A stretch of DNA of 64,000 nt from Octopus vulgaris (Eukaryota): assembly GCA_951406725.2 (NCBI GenBank), contig OX597817.1, forward strand, positions 172,112,001 through 172,176,000. The letters are read 5' to 3'. The notes below the pieces were generated by a model. It did no database searches and had not been told where the DNA came from. It was given only the letters and a program-made list of their open reading frames with translations. Positions 1 through 12,862 of this stretch are shown in pieces. The translations under genes were made by a program, and so were the position numbers. Each line of letters opens with the position of its first letter. Position 1 is the stretch's first letter.

Positions 1-403
1 TGACCGACCGATAACCAAACAGCAGACGCTTCTTGGTGCCTTTATGTTGGTAAACCTAAAGGTAATGATGCATGTGTGCGTATACATTTCCTTGTATGTG
101 TGTCCGTGTGTTTATATGTGTGTACGTGTGTTTGTGTGTGTGTATGTGTGTCCGTCTGTGAGTGTACGTGTGCTTGTGATAAGCCGGTTGCTATGGTTGC
201 TCAGCCTTTTTTCTAGTAGGCACGCACGCACGTGTATAAGTATGAAGGGGTTTACGTACATAAAAAGCAAGCTAAGTTTGCTCGCACGCGTTTCCGTTTT
301 AAGTTAGCTTGTTACGTGCGTGTCATGCATGCGTGCGTGCGTGCGTGGGTGAATGCGTACGCACGCTTGTCTGCGAGCGTAAGCGTGTGTTCAAGAATTT
401 TGA

Positions 404-1062
404 ATGTATGTATGTATGTATGCATGTATGTGTGTGTATATGTATGTATGTATGTTTGTTTGTATGTATGTATGTATGTATGTATGTGTGTATGTATGTA
501 GGTATGTATGTATGTATGAATGTATGTATGTATGTATGTATGTATGTATGTATGTATGTATGTATGTTTGTATGTATGTATATATGTATGTATGTATGTA
601 TGTTTGTATGTATGTATGTACGTACGTACGTACGTATGTATGTATGTTGTATGTATGTATGTATGTATGTATGTATGTATGTGTATGTATGTATGTATGT
701 ATGTATGTACGTACGTACGTACGTATGTATGTATGTGTATGTATGTATGTATGTATGTATGTATGTATGTATGTATGTATGTATGTATGTATGTATGTAT
801 GTATGTATGTATGTATGTACGTATGTATGTATGTATGTATGTATGTATGTATGTACGTACGTACGTACGTATGTATGTATGTATGTATGTATGTTTGTAT
901 GTATGTATGTACGTACGTATGTATGTATGTATGTATGTATGTATGTATGTATGTATGTATGTATGTATGTATGTATGTTGGTATGTGTGTGTACGTATGT
1001 ATGTATCAATGTATGTACGTATGCATGCATGTATGTCTGTATGCACGAATGTACGTAGGTAT
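404..1062. repeat. (TATG)n microsatellite with TACG/TTTG variants
   Basis: Direct reading; source of the MYVC/HTYI pseudo-ORFs. Confidence 0.97.
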
Positions 1063-1349
1063 GTCATTATTGAGTTTTATTTCAAATTCCCTTGCCTGTT
1101 GGCAAGAGAAAGCGTTGGTTTCTAAACTACATCTGAGACCTCATCATTGGAATTTCAACAACATCATCAGAGTATTTTTGCATATATATGGGCATATATG
1201 CAGTGTTTGAAGTCAGTGCATGAGCAAATTTGTATGTCTTGTTTTATGTATGCATTCTCATGCATAGAGTTGCATGTCTGGACATGTATGAATGTATGTG
1301 TGTATATGTGCATGTATGTGTGTATGTATGCATGTATTTACGTAAGCTT

Positions 1350-4125
1350 GTTAGTTAGTTAGTTAATTTGGCTCAAAAGCAAATAGCAAGGCCATGTAGG
1401 GGGACATGGAGTTAAGTACAGGGTGGTGTTCATGTAAAGAGTTCAGGCCACTTGAGGTCCAGGGAGGCTTTGAACAAAGCGGTCGTCGGCATCTTCACCA
1501 TCTCGTCTGGCAGCTTGTTCCACGGATCCGCAACCCGGACGGAGAAAGTTCCTCTCCTTCGATTGAGATGAAATCGTCGCAGGTAGAGCTTTTCGGAATG
1601 ACCCCGCAGCCGACGCTCTGGAACAGGAGTGAAGAACAGCTCTTTCGAGAGGTTACACTTTCCTCTTATGATGTTGTGGACGAGAATGAGATCACCACGG
1701 CGGCGGTGTTTTTCAAGAGAATAAAGGTCGAGCGTCCTCAGCCTCTCTTCGTAGGACAAATTTTTGAGACCATGAACCATGCGGGTAGCCAGCTTCCTGA
1801 CTATTTCGAGATGCTGTATGTCTTTGAGGAGATAAGGAGAAGAGGCTTGAATCCCATACTCCAATATGGGTCTCACCAGCGTGACATAGAGTGGTAGGAA
1901 TATGGCTGCTGTGAGCATTCCGAATGACCGTCGAATCAAGAACAGAATTCCGCGTGCTTTGTTGGCAGCATGGACGCACTGGGCCGAAGGCGAAAAGGAG
2001 GAATCCACCAAGATACCTAGGTCCTTTACCTGATCGGTCCTCTCCAGCAGCAGACGACCCGGCTCGAAATAAAGTTGAGTTGCAGGAGTAGAGCCGACAG
2101 GCAGATGACAGCACTTTGACACGTTCAGACACAGGTCCCAATCGTTAGACCACTTCCAAATTTGGTGGAGGCATCGACGAAGATCCTCTATATTACCGCG
2201 AGGGGCGACCAGTTTGATATCGTCGGCAAATAGAAGGGTGTGTTGCGTGAGGTCGTCGGGCAAGTCATTTATGAAGACTAAGAACAACAAGGGCCCAAGC
2301 ACTGAACCTTGAGGCACGCCACTGCTCGCACTGGAGACGTCGGACCGCGAACCATTAACTTGGACTTGGAAGGAGCGATCTGAGAGGAAGGCACCAACCC
2401 ATCGTACAATATCCGGATGGAAACTATATGCTTGAAGCTTGACAAGTAATAGGCGGTGGTTTACCGAGTCAAAAGCCTTGGCAAAGTCCAGTAAAACGAT
2501 GTCCGCAGCATCACTATCATCGAGGATGCGCGTCACCAATTCTTCCATTACTAGTAAGTTGGTCAAGCATGATCTCTTCGGCACGAAGCCGTGTTGGGAA
2601 TCAGAGATAGAGGCTGTGTTTAGGAGGTGGAGCATCATACTTTTCTTAAGGATGGTTTCGAACATCTTGCTGATTATTGATGTAAGGGAAACCGGTCGGT
2701 AGTTAAGCGGGTCTTCGCGGCTCCCTTTCTTGAAAATTGGGCAGATTATCGCTGTTCTCCAGTCTGCAGGTATAACACCCGTCGCCAATGACATATTGAA
2801 TAGTCGTGTTAAGGGCTCGCAGATGACCGGAGCCAACGCTTTGATAACCCGTGGGTGTATGCCGTCAGGGCCGTGACCCTTGTTGACATCGAGGCCTTGA
2901 ATAACACGTTTGACTTCGTCCCGCGTGATGACCAATCGAAACATTGGAGGTACCGATCTATCAAATAGAGGGGGTTCACGACCATCATCTTGTTTGAAAA
3001 TAGTTGAAAAAGCCTCGGCAAATAATTGGCTCTGTTGATAAGGGTCCTCAATCGATACGCTTGTTGAGTCTACCAACGTTGCAATCTGGTTGTTCAAGCG
3101 GGAATTCCGCTGGACATGGGCAAAGAAGGTTTTTGGATTGCTACTGGCAATTGCCACGATTTTGAATTCATAACTGAAGCGTTCTTTCTTTTCGATTTTC
3201 ACGGCTCGGTCTCGTTGAGTTTTGTACACCTCAAAAGCTGCAGTCGAATCCAGATTTTTGAATTCAGCCCAAGCAATATCTCTGAGTCGACGTTCTCGTT
3301 TAACCCTCTTCGTCACCCAGGGCTTGTGTTTCTTCCTCTTGGGAAGCCCAACGGGAACTGCCTGGTCAGTCAAACAGATTACATATGCTTTGAGGGATGA
3401 CCATAGTTCGTCAACTGAGGACAACGTCATCAGGGATCGCCAGTCCAGAAGCGCGGAAGCCTCGGTTAGAATTTCAAGATTAATTGCAGAGAAGACTCTA
3501 CGTGGCAGCGAAGTAGTCGTGGGCGCAGAAAAGGTTGTGTGCATGACGAACTTCAGGACCGCATGATCACTCTTGGCAAGAGGGGCGCACACAGATACGT
3601 CTGACACTGATCTTGGATAGCGGGAGAATACCAGATCTAGCATAGATGGCTGCTGCCCAGACCGATGCCTTGTCGGATATTCAACATGTTGCGATAGAAA
3701 ACAATCTTCAGCCACGTCAAGAAGGGCCTGGCCGAACCGGGAAGATGTTGTACAAATTGATGCGGGCCAATCGATCGTGGGAGCGTTGAAGTCTCCTAGT
3801 ACTAAACAGTCATGCGAAGCTGAAACGAATCTTATCGCTTCGAGTAAATGAGCATCGTCCTGGGGGTCGGCAAGAGGCGGCCTGTAGACAGCCAACACGG
3901 GCAGGCAAAACTCAGATAGGCTCAGCTTGCAATAGACGGCATCGAATTTTGTTGTAGGCTGAGCATTAGTGGGTAGAATACCGCTGGATGGTTTGTGCTC
4001 AGCCTTAACATACACAGCAACACCTCCACCTCGCCTTTTTCGTCTGTCACATCTGAAAAGGACGTAGCCCTGCAGGTGGATTTCTGAGTCCTTTACTGCT
4101 GGTAGGGTATGAAACCAAGTTGGCA
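1350..4125 (-). mobile_element. CR1-clade LINE, 5'-truncated inside the endonuclease, with (TAAC)n 3' tail
   Basis: APE+RT ORF, short 3' UTR, tail TTAGTTAGTTAGTTA at ~1350-1364; markedly more GC-rich than flanks. Confidence 0.92.
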
Positions 4126-4159
4126 GTGTCATTGATCTAATCAGATCGAAAGAGGACAC
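1430..4159 (-). CDS. LINE ORF2: AP endonuclease + reverse transcriptase (909 aa, uninterrupted)
   Basis: APE motifs GGGVAVYV, VYRPP, VLGDFNAP, LDLVFS, SDH; RT motifs NYRPVSLTS, QHGF, LDFAKAFD, GVPQGSVLGP, FADD; CR1-type C-terminus SYEERL..L.LYSLE..RRRGDLI. First ~13 aa do not look like APE. Confidence 0.93.
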   Translation of the reverse strand: MSSFDLIRSMTLPTWFHTLPAVKDSEIHLQGYVLFRCDRRKRRGGGVAVYVKAEHKPSSGILPTNAQPTTKFDAVYCKLSLSEFCLPVLAVYRPPLADPQDDAHLLEAIRFVSASHDCLVLGDFNAPTIDWPASICTTSSRFGQALLDVAEDCFLSQHVEYPTRHRSGQQPSMLDLVFSRYPRSVSDVSVCAPLAKSDHAVLKFVMHTTFSAPTTTSLPRRVFSAINLEILTEASALLDWRSLMTLSSVDELWSSLKAYVICLTDQAVPVGLPKRKKHKPWVTKRVKRERRLRDIAWAEFKNLDSTAAFEVYKTQRDRAVKIEKKERFSYEFKIVAIASSNPKTFFAHVQRNSRLNNQIATLVDSTSVSIEDPYQQSQLFAEAFSTIFKQDDGREPPLFDRSVPPMFRLVITRDEVKRVIQGLDVNKGHGPDGIHPRVIKALAPVICEPLTRLFNMSLATGVIPADWRTAIICPIFKKGSREDPLNYRPVSLTSIISKMFETILKKSMMLHLLNTASISDSQHGFVPKRSCLTNLLVMEELVTRILDDSDAADIVLLDFAKAFDSVNHRLLLVKLQAYSFHPDIVRWVGAFLSDRSFQVQVNGSRSDVSSASSGVPQGSVLGPLLFLVFINDLPDDLTQHTLLFADDIKLVAPRGNIEDLRRCLHQIWKWSNDWDLCLNVSKCCHLPVGSTPATQLYFEPGRLLLERTDQVKDLGILVDSSFSPSAQCVHAANKARGILFLIRRSFGMLTAAIFLPLYVTLVRPILEYGIQASSPYLLKDIQHLEIVRKLATRMVHGLKNLSYEERLRTLDLYSLEKHRRRGDLILVHNIIRGKCNLSKELFFTPVPERRLRGHSEKLYLRRFHLNRRRGTFSVRVADPWNKLPDEMVKMPTTALFKASLDLKWPELFT

Positions 4160-4604
4160 AAATGACGGGGTGGTTAATAGTTCTTGACCCTAGATGGAAC
4201 GCGCACCGATTAGGAAAACCTGATCGGCACTACGTTCCATTTAGAGTCAAGAGTCGGATCTTTCAACGGCCCAGCCGCACTGAACTAAGTGATAAATAGA
4301 TGCAAACAATGAAAGCATAGTGAATTTAGTTGACGGTGCCAGCGTCAAAGTACGAAGCCGTCAGCCACCACTACTACCACCACTAACGCCACCATCACCA
4401 CATTAATGCAAACTGGGAAATCTGTATGTTACCTCATATGATTCGATAGTGATGAAATAAAAATATATACATTAAAATTTAATGGTCCATTTTGCATGGC
4501 GTATTAAAAAATTGTGTATTATTTCAAAGTTTGAAAATTTAGAGAAAAATATACATAAAAACATTAAACAGCCACATATTGATGTGGTGATTAAATTTAC
4601 TTCC

Positions 4605-4801
4605 TTTTTTACTCTTTTACTTGTTTCAGTCATTTGACTGTGGCCATGCTGGAGCAAATCGACCCCAGGACTTATTCTTTGTAAGTCTAGTACTTATTCT
4701 ATCGGTTTTTTGCCGAACCGCTATGTTACGAGGACGTAAACACACCAGCATCGGTTGTCAAGCGATGTTGGAGGGACAAACACAGGCATACAAACATACA
4801 C

Positions 4802-4900
<99 letters not shown>

Positions 4901-5068
4901 TATACGACGGGCTTCTTTCAGTTTCCGTCTACCAAATCCACTCACAAGGCTTTGGTCGGCCCGAGGCTATAGTAGAAGACACTTGCCCAAGGTGCCACGC
5001 AGTGAGACTGAACCCGGAACCATGTGGTTGGTAAGCAAGCTACTTACCATACAGCCATTCCTACGCCT
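4605..5068 (-). mobile_element. tRNA-derived SINE family A with internal (TA)n(TG)n
   Basis: Box A/B-like head (TGGCTGTRTGG, GGTTCAGTCYC), CORE-like ACCTTGGGCAAGT, stem-loop tail CAGTCAAATGACTG; many copies in window. Confidence 0.9.
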
Positions 5069-5215
5069 ATGTTAGTGTAGTTACAACTTTTATCTCTTAT
5101 TGAAACATTACAGCTAGCTACTTTGCTTGTTGCAAATCGGTAACCGATAGTCGCTTTGTTTTCTAACTATTGCTTACTGTAGAAGACTCTGGTCATCTCT
5201 CCAGCAACTGGATGT

Positions 5216-5264
5216 TCGCGACTGAGGATGGACAAACTAGCTCGAAACCGAGTCGGTCGCGCGA
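5216..5264 (+). ncRNA. Degenerate type-I hammerhead ribozyme motif in a PLE pLTR-like fragment
   Basis: TCGCG-A-CTGAGGA-TGGACAAACTAGCTC-GAAA-CCGAGTCGGTC-G-CGCGA; helix III ACCGA/TCGGT, GUC site, stem II imperfect. Confidence 0.6.
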
Positions 5265-5903
5265 TCCCATCGTCTGTTGGAAGGTAGTAGGAGTTCGCTC
5301 TCCTGCTTGCAATATATACAGGGTGCTGGCTGCACCTATAACCATCTGACAGAAGAACTTTCTGGGCTTAAAAATAGTTGTAAGGTTGACAGCCATATTG
5401 ATGTGGTGATCAACTTTACTAGTTAGTATAGTTACCACGCTTATTGTAATTTTACAACTAACTAATTTGCTAGTATTTATTGTATATCTTGTCTTCTTAA
5501 TCGTATGAGGGTTTAGCAATTATGAAAGCGAATTTTATTGATTATACATGTGTAACAACAATGAATAACATGTCTTATCAATCATACGTAAGAATAACAA
5601 TTATGAATAACATGAGCTTCAATCATACGTGTGAGTAACGATTACGAATAACGTGATTTATCAATAATATTAGTGAATAGCGATTATATATAACGTTTTT
5701 TTTTTTTTTCGTGAATCAGTTTTGGGTATAATGACTATGAATAATGTACTGTATCAGTCATACTGGTAACTAACAATAACAATAGTGCATCACCGGTTTT
5801 TGCCTTATTTCTAAAAACAAGTTGTAAAAGCCTCACTGAAAAAAATCTAAAAACTTCTGGAATGCACCTCGTACGCGCGCGCGCTGTATATATATATATA
5901 TAT

Positions 5904-6282
5904 ACTCTTTTGTTTCAGTCATTTGACTGCGACCATGCTGGAGCACCGCCTTTAGTCGAGCAAATCGACCCCAGGACTTATTCTTTGTAAGCCTAGTACT
6001 TATTCTATCGGTCTCTTTTGCCGAACTGCTAAGTTACGGCGACGTAAACACACCAACATCGGTTGTCAAGCGACACAGACACACAAACATATGCACACAC
6101 ATATATATATACATATATACGACGGGCTTCTTTCAGTTTCCGTCTATCAAATCCACTCACAAGGCTTTGGTCGGCCCGAGGCTATAGTAGAAGACACTTG
6201 CCCAAGGTGCCACGCAGTGAGACTGAACCCGGAACTATGTGGTTGGTAAACAAGCTACTTACCACACAGCCACTCCTGCGCC
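5904..6282 (-). mobile_element. SINE family A
   Basis: Near-identical to 4605-5068. Confidence 0.9.
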
Positions 6283-6318
6283 TAACATATATATTTTTAT
6301 TTATATATTTATAAATGC

Positions 6319-6351
<33 letters not shown>

Positions 6352-7018
6352 CGCGCGCATGTGTGTGTATGTATGCATATATGTATGTAGTATATACGTG
6401 CATTAAGTGTATATCTTATACGTATATCCGGTGTAAAACGGTGAGGCGAATTGTAGCAGAAGAGGACTTGGCCATTCGAAAAGCAGGGTCTGACAAAATA
6501 ATTACAGAGTTCGATATATTTGGCCAAATGGGGGCAATGTGCTTTGAGTGAAAGCAGCAAACGATTAATGGAACATAGGGCATGTTTATTGATGTACTAT
6601 ATTAAAGAAGTGTGTGTTTGTATACTTATTTATGTATATATATATATATATATATACATATATACGTGTATATGTATATATGGGTGATGTATGTTTATTG
6701 CTTATCGTCATTGTTTTTATATATCATATAACTCAGCCAGCATAAGACATGAATAGAAGTGGATTGCGTATTTAATATCCTGATAAATTGCTCTTAGTAG
6801 TCATGATATAAAAATAATGTACTTGCTAGCTGCTATAGTTTAATGTTGTTATCACAGTAGATAGTTAAACTATCAATCAAGCAAATAAACGTGAGAATGA
6901 AAAGTTGGCCTATTTTGTGAGATTGTTGGAGGCTTGTGGTGCACATAACCTCCACGCAAACTGTAAGCCGTAAAAAATTACATTTCATCTAGAATTGTAT
7001 ATATATATATATATGTAT

Positions 7019-7420
7019 ACTCTTTACTCTTTTACTTGTTTCAAACATTTGACTGCGGCCATGCTGGAGCACCGCCTTCAGTCGAACAAATCGACCCCGG
7101 GACTTATTCTTTGTAAGCCCAGTACTTATTCTATCGGTCTCTTTTGCCGAACCGCTAAGTAACGGGGACGTAAACACACCAGCATCGGTTGTCAAGCAAT
7201 GCTAGGGGGACAAACACAGACACACAAACATATACACACACATATATATGTATACATATATACGACAGGCTTCTTTCAGTTTCCGTCTACCAAATCCACT
7301 CACAAGGCATTGGTCGGCCCGGGGCTATAGCAGAAGACACTTGCCCAAGATGCCACGCAGTGGGACTGAACCCGGAACCATATGTATATATGCATATGTT
7401 TTATTTATTTTTTAAACAAC
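7019..7420 (-). mobile_element. SINE family A, head truncated
   Basis: Family A body and tail; ends at CCCGGAACCA. Confidence 0.9.
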
Positions 7421-7650
7421 ATGAAATACGAAGACAAACTTGGGTATGCGAACATCGAGAGAAACAAATTGAAAACAAGACAAGTAATCAGTTGTCGGCT
7501 GTCCATCTACTCTTCAGACGGCCGACAACTGATGAAGGGTCGTTCTTTATGTTATTTGTCTTGTTTTCAATTTGTTTCTCTCGTTCGTGTATCCTGGTTT
7601 GTTTTCGTATTTCATATTGTTTACGTTTTGTTACATCCTGTACCCATATA

Positions 7651-7718
<68 letters not shown>

Positions 7719-7719
<1 letters not shown>

Positions 7720-7857
7720 TTTATTTAAAGCAGCAGAAAATTCAAGGTTTCGTTGAATTTTCTGCTGCTTTAAATAAAGCATATTACTCTACCACTGGTA
7801 TTTGAGTACTCTTTTTTCCACCTTGTTTCACATGTTTCACATTTATGTGTTTACTCC

Positions 7858-7859
<2 letters not shown>
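7719..7859. mobile_element. Miniature hairpin (27-bp arms) + ~80-bp tail inserted in (TA)n; PLE-like remnant
   Basis: CTTTATTTAAAGCAGCAGAAAATTCAA-ggtttcg-TTGAATTTTCTGCTGCTTTAAATAAAG, (TA)n on both sides. Confidence 0.6.
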
Positions 7860-7922
<63 letters not shown>

Positions 7923-8299
7923 TGCTGCTGCTCTCGTGATCACTTCGGGGCGATTTCGTCCCGCCTAATCCTGAAATATATAGTGTTTGTTTTTTCAACA
8001 CAAAACGTCTTTAAAGGGATTTCTTTACAACGGCATCTGGCTTTCCAACGATATACGTACGTTAAGTCTGTTATATAGCGACGAAACATTTTATCCTGAG
8101 TCGCTTCTATTGCGTGTTTCGAATTTTATTCAATTTTAGCGGCGTCATGAAAAGTCGGCATCGTCTCTATTGAGGCCAAAGCTAGTAGAAGAGAATTTCT
8201 TGTTAAGTAAATCCAGAAGGAAAATAAATCAACAAGGTCACACACATCAGCTAAGTCGATGGAATCGTCCTGGCGATGTATTGGCAATGACGAGACGAT

Positions 8300-8860
8300 G
8301 TTTTAGCAATATCGAGAGGTTCCAACGATGACACACTCGACAGGTTTAGAAAGAACCTCACACACACCATGAATTATATTGGTCTAAAGGTTAACATAGA
8401 ACTCAACCTGAAGACGGTGGATTGCCTTGATGTGACCTTGACCATGAAATCCAGTGCTTAAAGACCATGTAGGGAGCCTAATGAAAGACAGGCATACATT
8501 AGCACAGCTTCATGTCATCCAGCCACTATTTTTCAGGAACCTGGTAAAGAGCGTCAGCAAAAGAATCTCCAGCCTGCCTTCAAGTAAAGAAAGTTTCGTC
8601 GTGCTACTCCACGTTACATCGAAGCCCTGGCTGCAAAACAGTTTTAGGGATAAGACTAATTATACACTAGATCTTTACCCTTCAAGGAGAAAATGCCACC
8701 GAAAAGTGTTGTAATTCATACAGTCCTCCCTACGCATAAAATCTTGTGCGAAGAAGATATTCCTTTGCGTCGTGAATAAGCACTTTCCTCGTACAAATAG
8801 GTTCAATAAAATTTTTAAGAGGCATGCATTAAGAGTTTTCCTTAGCTGTGCACCTGGTGC
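8300..8860 (+). pseudogene. Penelope-like element RT/thumb/linker relic
   Basis: Across frames: KVNIELNLKTVDCLDVTL, PYREPNERQAYISTASCHP, LVKSVSKRISSL, RKVL*F, VNKHFP..RFNKIFKR; matches PLE FLDVTL / KPN..YI..SNHP / KHFP..KIFNR pattern. Confidence 0.7.
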
Positions 8861-9228
8861 AAAGTAGATGTTGGTAGAAATACCCAAGACAGAGGTAGAT
8901 ACTTTGGGGCCAAGAGACATAACTTTTAATACATCATTTGCTCATTTCGCCCCCAGCAATTTCTTTTCGTCTTTTTTTTCATAGCACCCACAAACCGGAT
9001 GTGACATTTTCCTCTCTCCAAAAGCAGAGTACACACGATATTTTGTTTTCCTCGTATATCATCTCTGAAGAGTATGTGGTGTTACTTAACCGCGGCATAA
9101 TCTACTATCCGGTTATCTAATATCCAGTGCTAAACCAATTGGTAAGTTCGGGTGAAATGGGTTTATAATACTGCATACTTGACCAATATACGAATGCATA
9201 ATTTTCCTGAGTTATGGATTCTTAGACT

Positions 9229-9305
9229 ATACTAATACATACTAATACATACACCAACCCCATACATACGCACGTCCAGACCTATCCTACGCACTAATAC
9301 TCTCT

Positions 9306-9342
<37 letters not shown>

Positions 9343-9700
9343 ATACATACTAATACATACTAATACATACACCAACCCTATACATACGCACTAATAGCTG
9401 GTCATTCAACCCTATTATCAACCCTATTATCTCCCCTTATTTAGCTCTCGCGTCTCATGTTTGATCTTTGACCTCTGGCCGAAATCAGATCGCCATGTTG
9501 ATTCGTTAGTTACTGCACGCATTTTTTTCTCTCCTTCTTTCTGTGTTTTTTTTTCTCTCTGTGTATCTTTCTGTTGAAGAGCGTAGGCTCGAAACGTTAA
9601 AGACTTGTTTTATTTATATTTCCTGAGCGCCATACTAATACAATTGTTTGTTTGTTTTCCACCTGCCTTCGTCTTTTGTCTATTTTCATAAAGCTTCCCG

Positions 9701-9701
<1 letters not shown>
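9229..9701 (+). mobile_element. Non-coding PLE-like/retrozyme-like element, family H1
   Basis: Hammerhead-like motif; ATACTAATACA at start and again after the motif; (TA)n 3' flank; relatives at 20551 and 29873. Confidence 0.7.
9566..9603 (+). ncRNA. Minimal hammerhead motif, variant core CUGUUGA
   Basis: TCTTT-CTGTTGA-A-GAGC(GTAG)GCTC-GAAACGTT-AAAGA. Confidence 0.6.
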
Positions 9702-9764
<63 letters not shown>

Positions 9765-9815
9765 CATATATATACATACATACATGCATACAAACATACA
9801 TATAGAGAAAGACAA

Positions 9816-9862
<47 letters not shown>

Positions 9863-10145
9863 CAAGGGAAAAGAAAGTCAGAATATATAGTTTGAGATGG
9901 TATTCATGAATAGACAGACAGACAGACAGAAAGGCAGGCAGACAGACAGACAGACAGACAGACAGAGCGAGCGAGAGAGAAAGTAATGGAGAATCGAAAG
10001 GAAGAGGGAATATGTTCCAGACGGATTTCTATGAGGGAGACGTGCGTATGTATGTGTATGTGTAGCTCTAAGTGTGTATATAAGTGTGCTGTTTGTATAT
10101 ATGTGTATGTGTTTGTATGTGCATGGGTGCGCATGTTTATGTGTG

Positions 10146-10176
<31 letters not shown>

Positions 10177-10465
10177 TCGTGAGGAAGCAGAGAATGCACT
10201 TATGTACATGTATGTATTTGCCTGTCTGTTTGAATGTGTACGATTTTGTGTGTATTTGTGTGTATGTATGTGTATGCGCGCACATCTGTGCTTATGAAAG
10301 AAAGTATGAGAAATAAGAGAGAGAGAGAGAGATTATGCGTGTGAAAGAGAGAGGAAGAGAGAAAGTGAGAGACAAGGAGAACTCCAAAAGGGGAGGTAAA
10401 CCATATCAAATAGTAGAATGAAAGACTAAACAAGTAGAAAGAATACAATACATATATTTCCTTTA

Positions 10466-10946
10466 ACTTTTGATTGTTTCAGACGTTAGATTACGGCCAT
10501 GCTGGAGCACCGCCTTGAAAAATTTTTTAGTCGAAAGAATCGACCACAGAACAATTTTTATTTATTTATTTTTTTTTTTTTTTTTCCAAGCCTGGTAGTT
10601 ATTCTACAGGACACTTTTGCTGAACTGCTAAATTACTGGGACGTAAACACACCAACACCGTTTGTCAAGCGGTCGTGACGAACAAATACAGGCACAAAGA
10701 CATATATACGCGATTTTCTTTTATACTTTTATTTGTTTCAGTCATTTGACTGCGGCCATGCTGGAGCAAATCGACCCCAGGACTTACTCATTGTAAGCCT
10801 AGTACTTATTCTATCGTTCTCTTTTTGCCAAACTGCTAAGTTACGGGGACGTAAACACACCAACATCGGTTGTCAAGTGATAGTGGAGGGACAAATACAA
10901 ACACAAATAACAAATACATACATACACACACACACACACAGATAGA

Positions 10947-10990
<44 letters not shown>

Positions 10991-11031
10991 AAGACAGACA
11001 GACAGACAGACAGAAAGACAGACAGACAGAC

Positions 11032-11070
<39 letters not shown>

Positions 11071-11117
11071 AAGACAGACAGACAGACAGAGAGAAAGACA
11101 GACAGGCAGACAGATAG

Positions 11118-11185
<68 letters not shown>

Positions 11186-11198
11186 CTAGACAGATAGG

Positions 11199-11232
<34 letters not shown>

Positions 11233-11557
11233 TCACAGGCTTCTTTCAGTTTCCGTCTACCAAATTCACTCTGAAGGCTTTGCTTGGCGCGAGGCTATAG
11301 TAGAAGACACTTGCCCAATGTGCCACGCAGTGGGACTGAACCTGGAACCATGTGATTGGGAAGCAAGCTTCTTACCACTCCTGCACCTTATATATCTATA
11401 TGATGGGCTTCTTTCAGTTTCCATCTACCAACATCGTTTACATTTGGTCAGCCTGAGACTATAGTAGAAGAGACTTGCCCATGTTGCCATGCAGTGGGAT
11501 TGAACCCTGAACCATGTGGTTGTGAAGCAAGCTTCTTACCACACAACCGTGCCTGAG
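10466..11557 (-). mobile_element. Cluster of three SINE family A copies/fragments; middle copy has ~300-bp internal (GATA/GACA)n
   Basis: Tail at 10466-10700; full copy 10718-11387; head at 11402-11557. Confidence 0.85.
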
Positions 11558-11595
11558 TCTATATATTATGTTATATGTGCGTGTGTAGAAAGAGA

Positions 11596-11640
<45 letters not shown>

Positions 11641-11904
11641 CTTGTAATGAAAACAATGTGGAGAAAGCATGTGTATACATGCGTGCATGTGTGAATGTGT
11701 ACGTGTATGTGAAGGCGCGTGTATGCGTGTGTGAAGATGTGTGTGTGTGTGCGTGCATACGTGCTTGCGTGTGTGTGCGCGTGTACTTTGTATTATAGGC
11801 AGTGAGAAAAAGAAAAGGTGAGATGATGCAGAGAAGAAAGAAGAAGAGTAGAGTAAAAAGGGAAAGAATCGAAGAAAAAAGGTGAGTGTAATCGAACAGG
11901 CACT

Positions 11905-12765
11905 AGCACGCACACACACACACACACACACACACGCATGCACGCACACACACACACACACACACACACGCATGCACGCACACACACACACACACACACG
12001 CATGCACGCACACACACGCATGCACGCACGCACACACACGCACGCACACACACACACACACACGCATACACACACACACACACACATACACACGCATGCA
12101 CGCACACACACACACGCATGCACACACACACACACACGCATGCACGCACACACTCACACGCACGTACGCACACACACACGCATGCACACACACACACACG
12201 CATGCACGCACACACACGCATGCACGCACGCACACACACGCACACACACACACATACACACGCATGCACGCACACACACACACACGCATGCACACACACA
12301 CACGCATGCACGCACACACACGCATGCACGCACGCACACACACGCACGCACACACACACACACACACGCATACACACACACACACATACACACGCATGCA
12401 CGCACACACACACACGCACGCACACACACACACACACGCACGCACACACACACACACACGCATGCACGCACACACACACACACACGCATGCACACACACA
12501 CACGCATGCACGCACACACACACACACGCATGCACGCACACACACATACGCATGCACACACACACACACGCATGCACGCACACACGCACACGCATGCACA
12601 CACACACACACACACGCACACACGCATGCACGCACACACACACACGCATGCACACACACACACACACACACACACGCATGCACGCACACACACACACACG
12701 CATGCACACACACACACACGCATGCACGCACACACACACACATGCACGCACACACACACACGCAT

Positions 12766-12802
<37 letters not shown>

Positions 12803-12822
12803 TGCACGCACACACACACACG

Positions 12823-12853
<31 letters not shown>

Positions 12854-12862
12854 GCATGCACG
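11905..12862. repeat. (CA)n microsatellite punctuated by CACGCATG units
   Basis: Direct reading. Confidence 0.96.
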
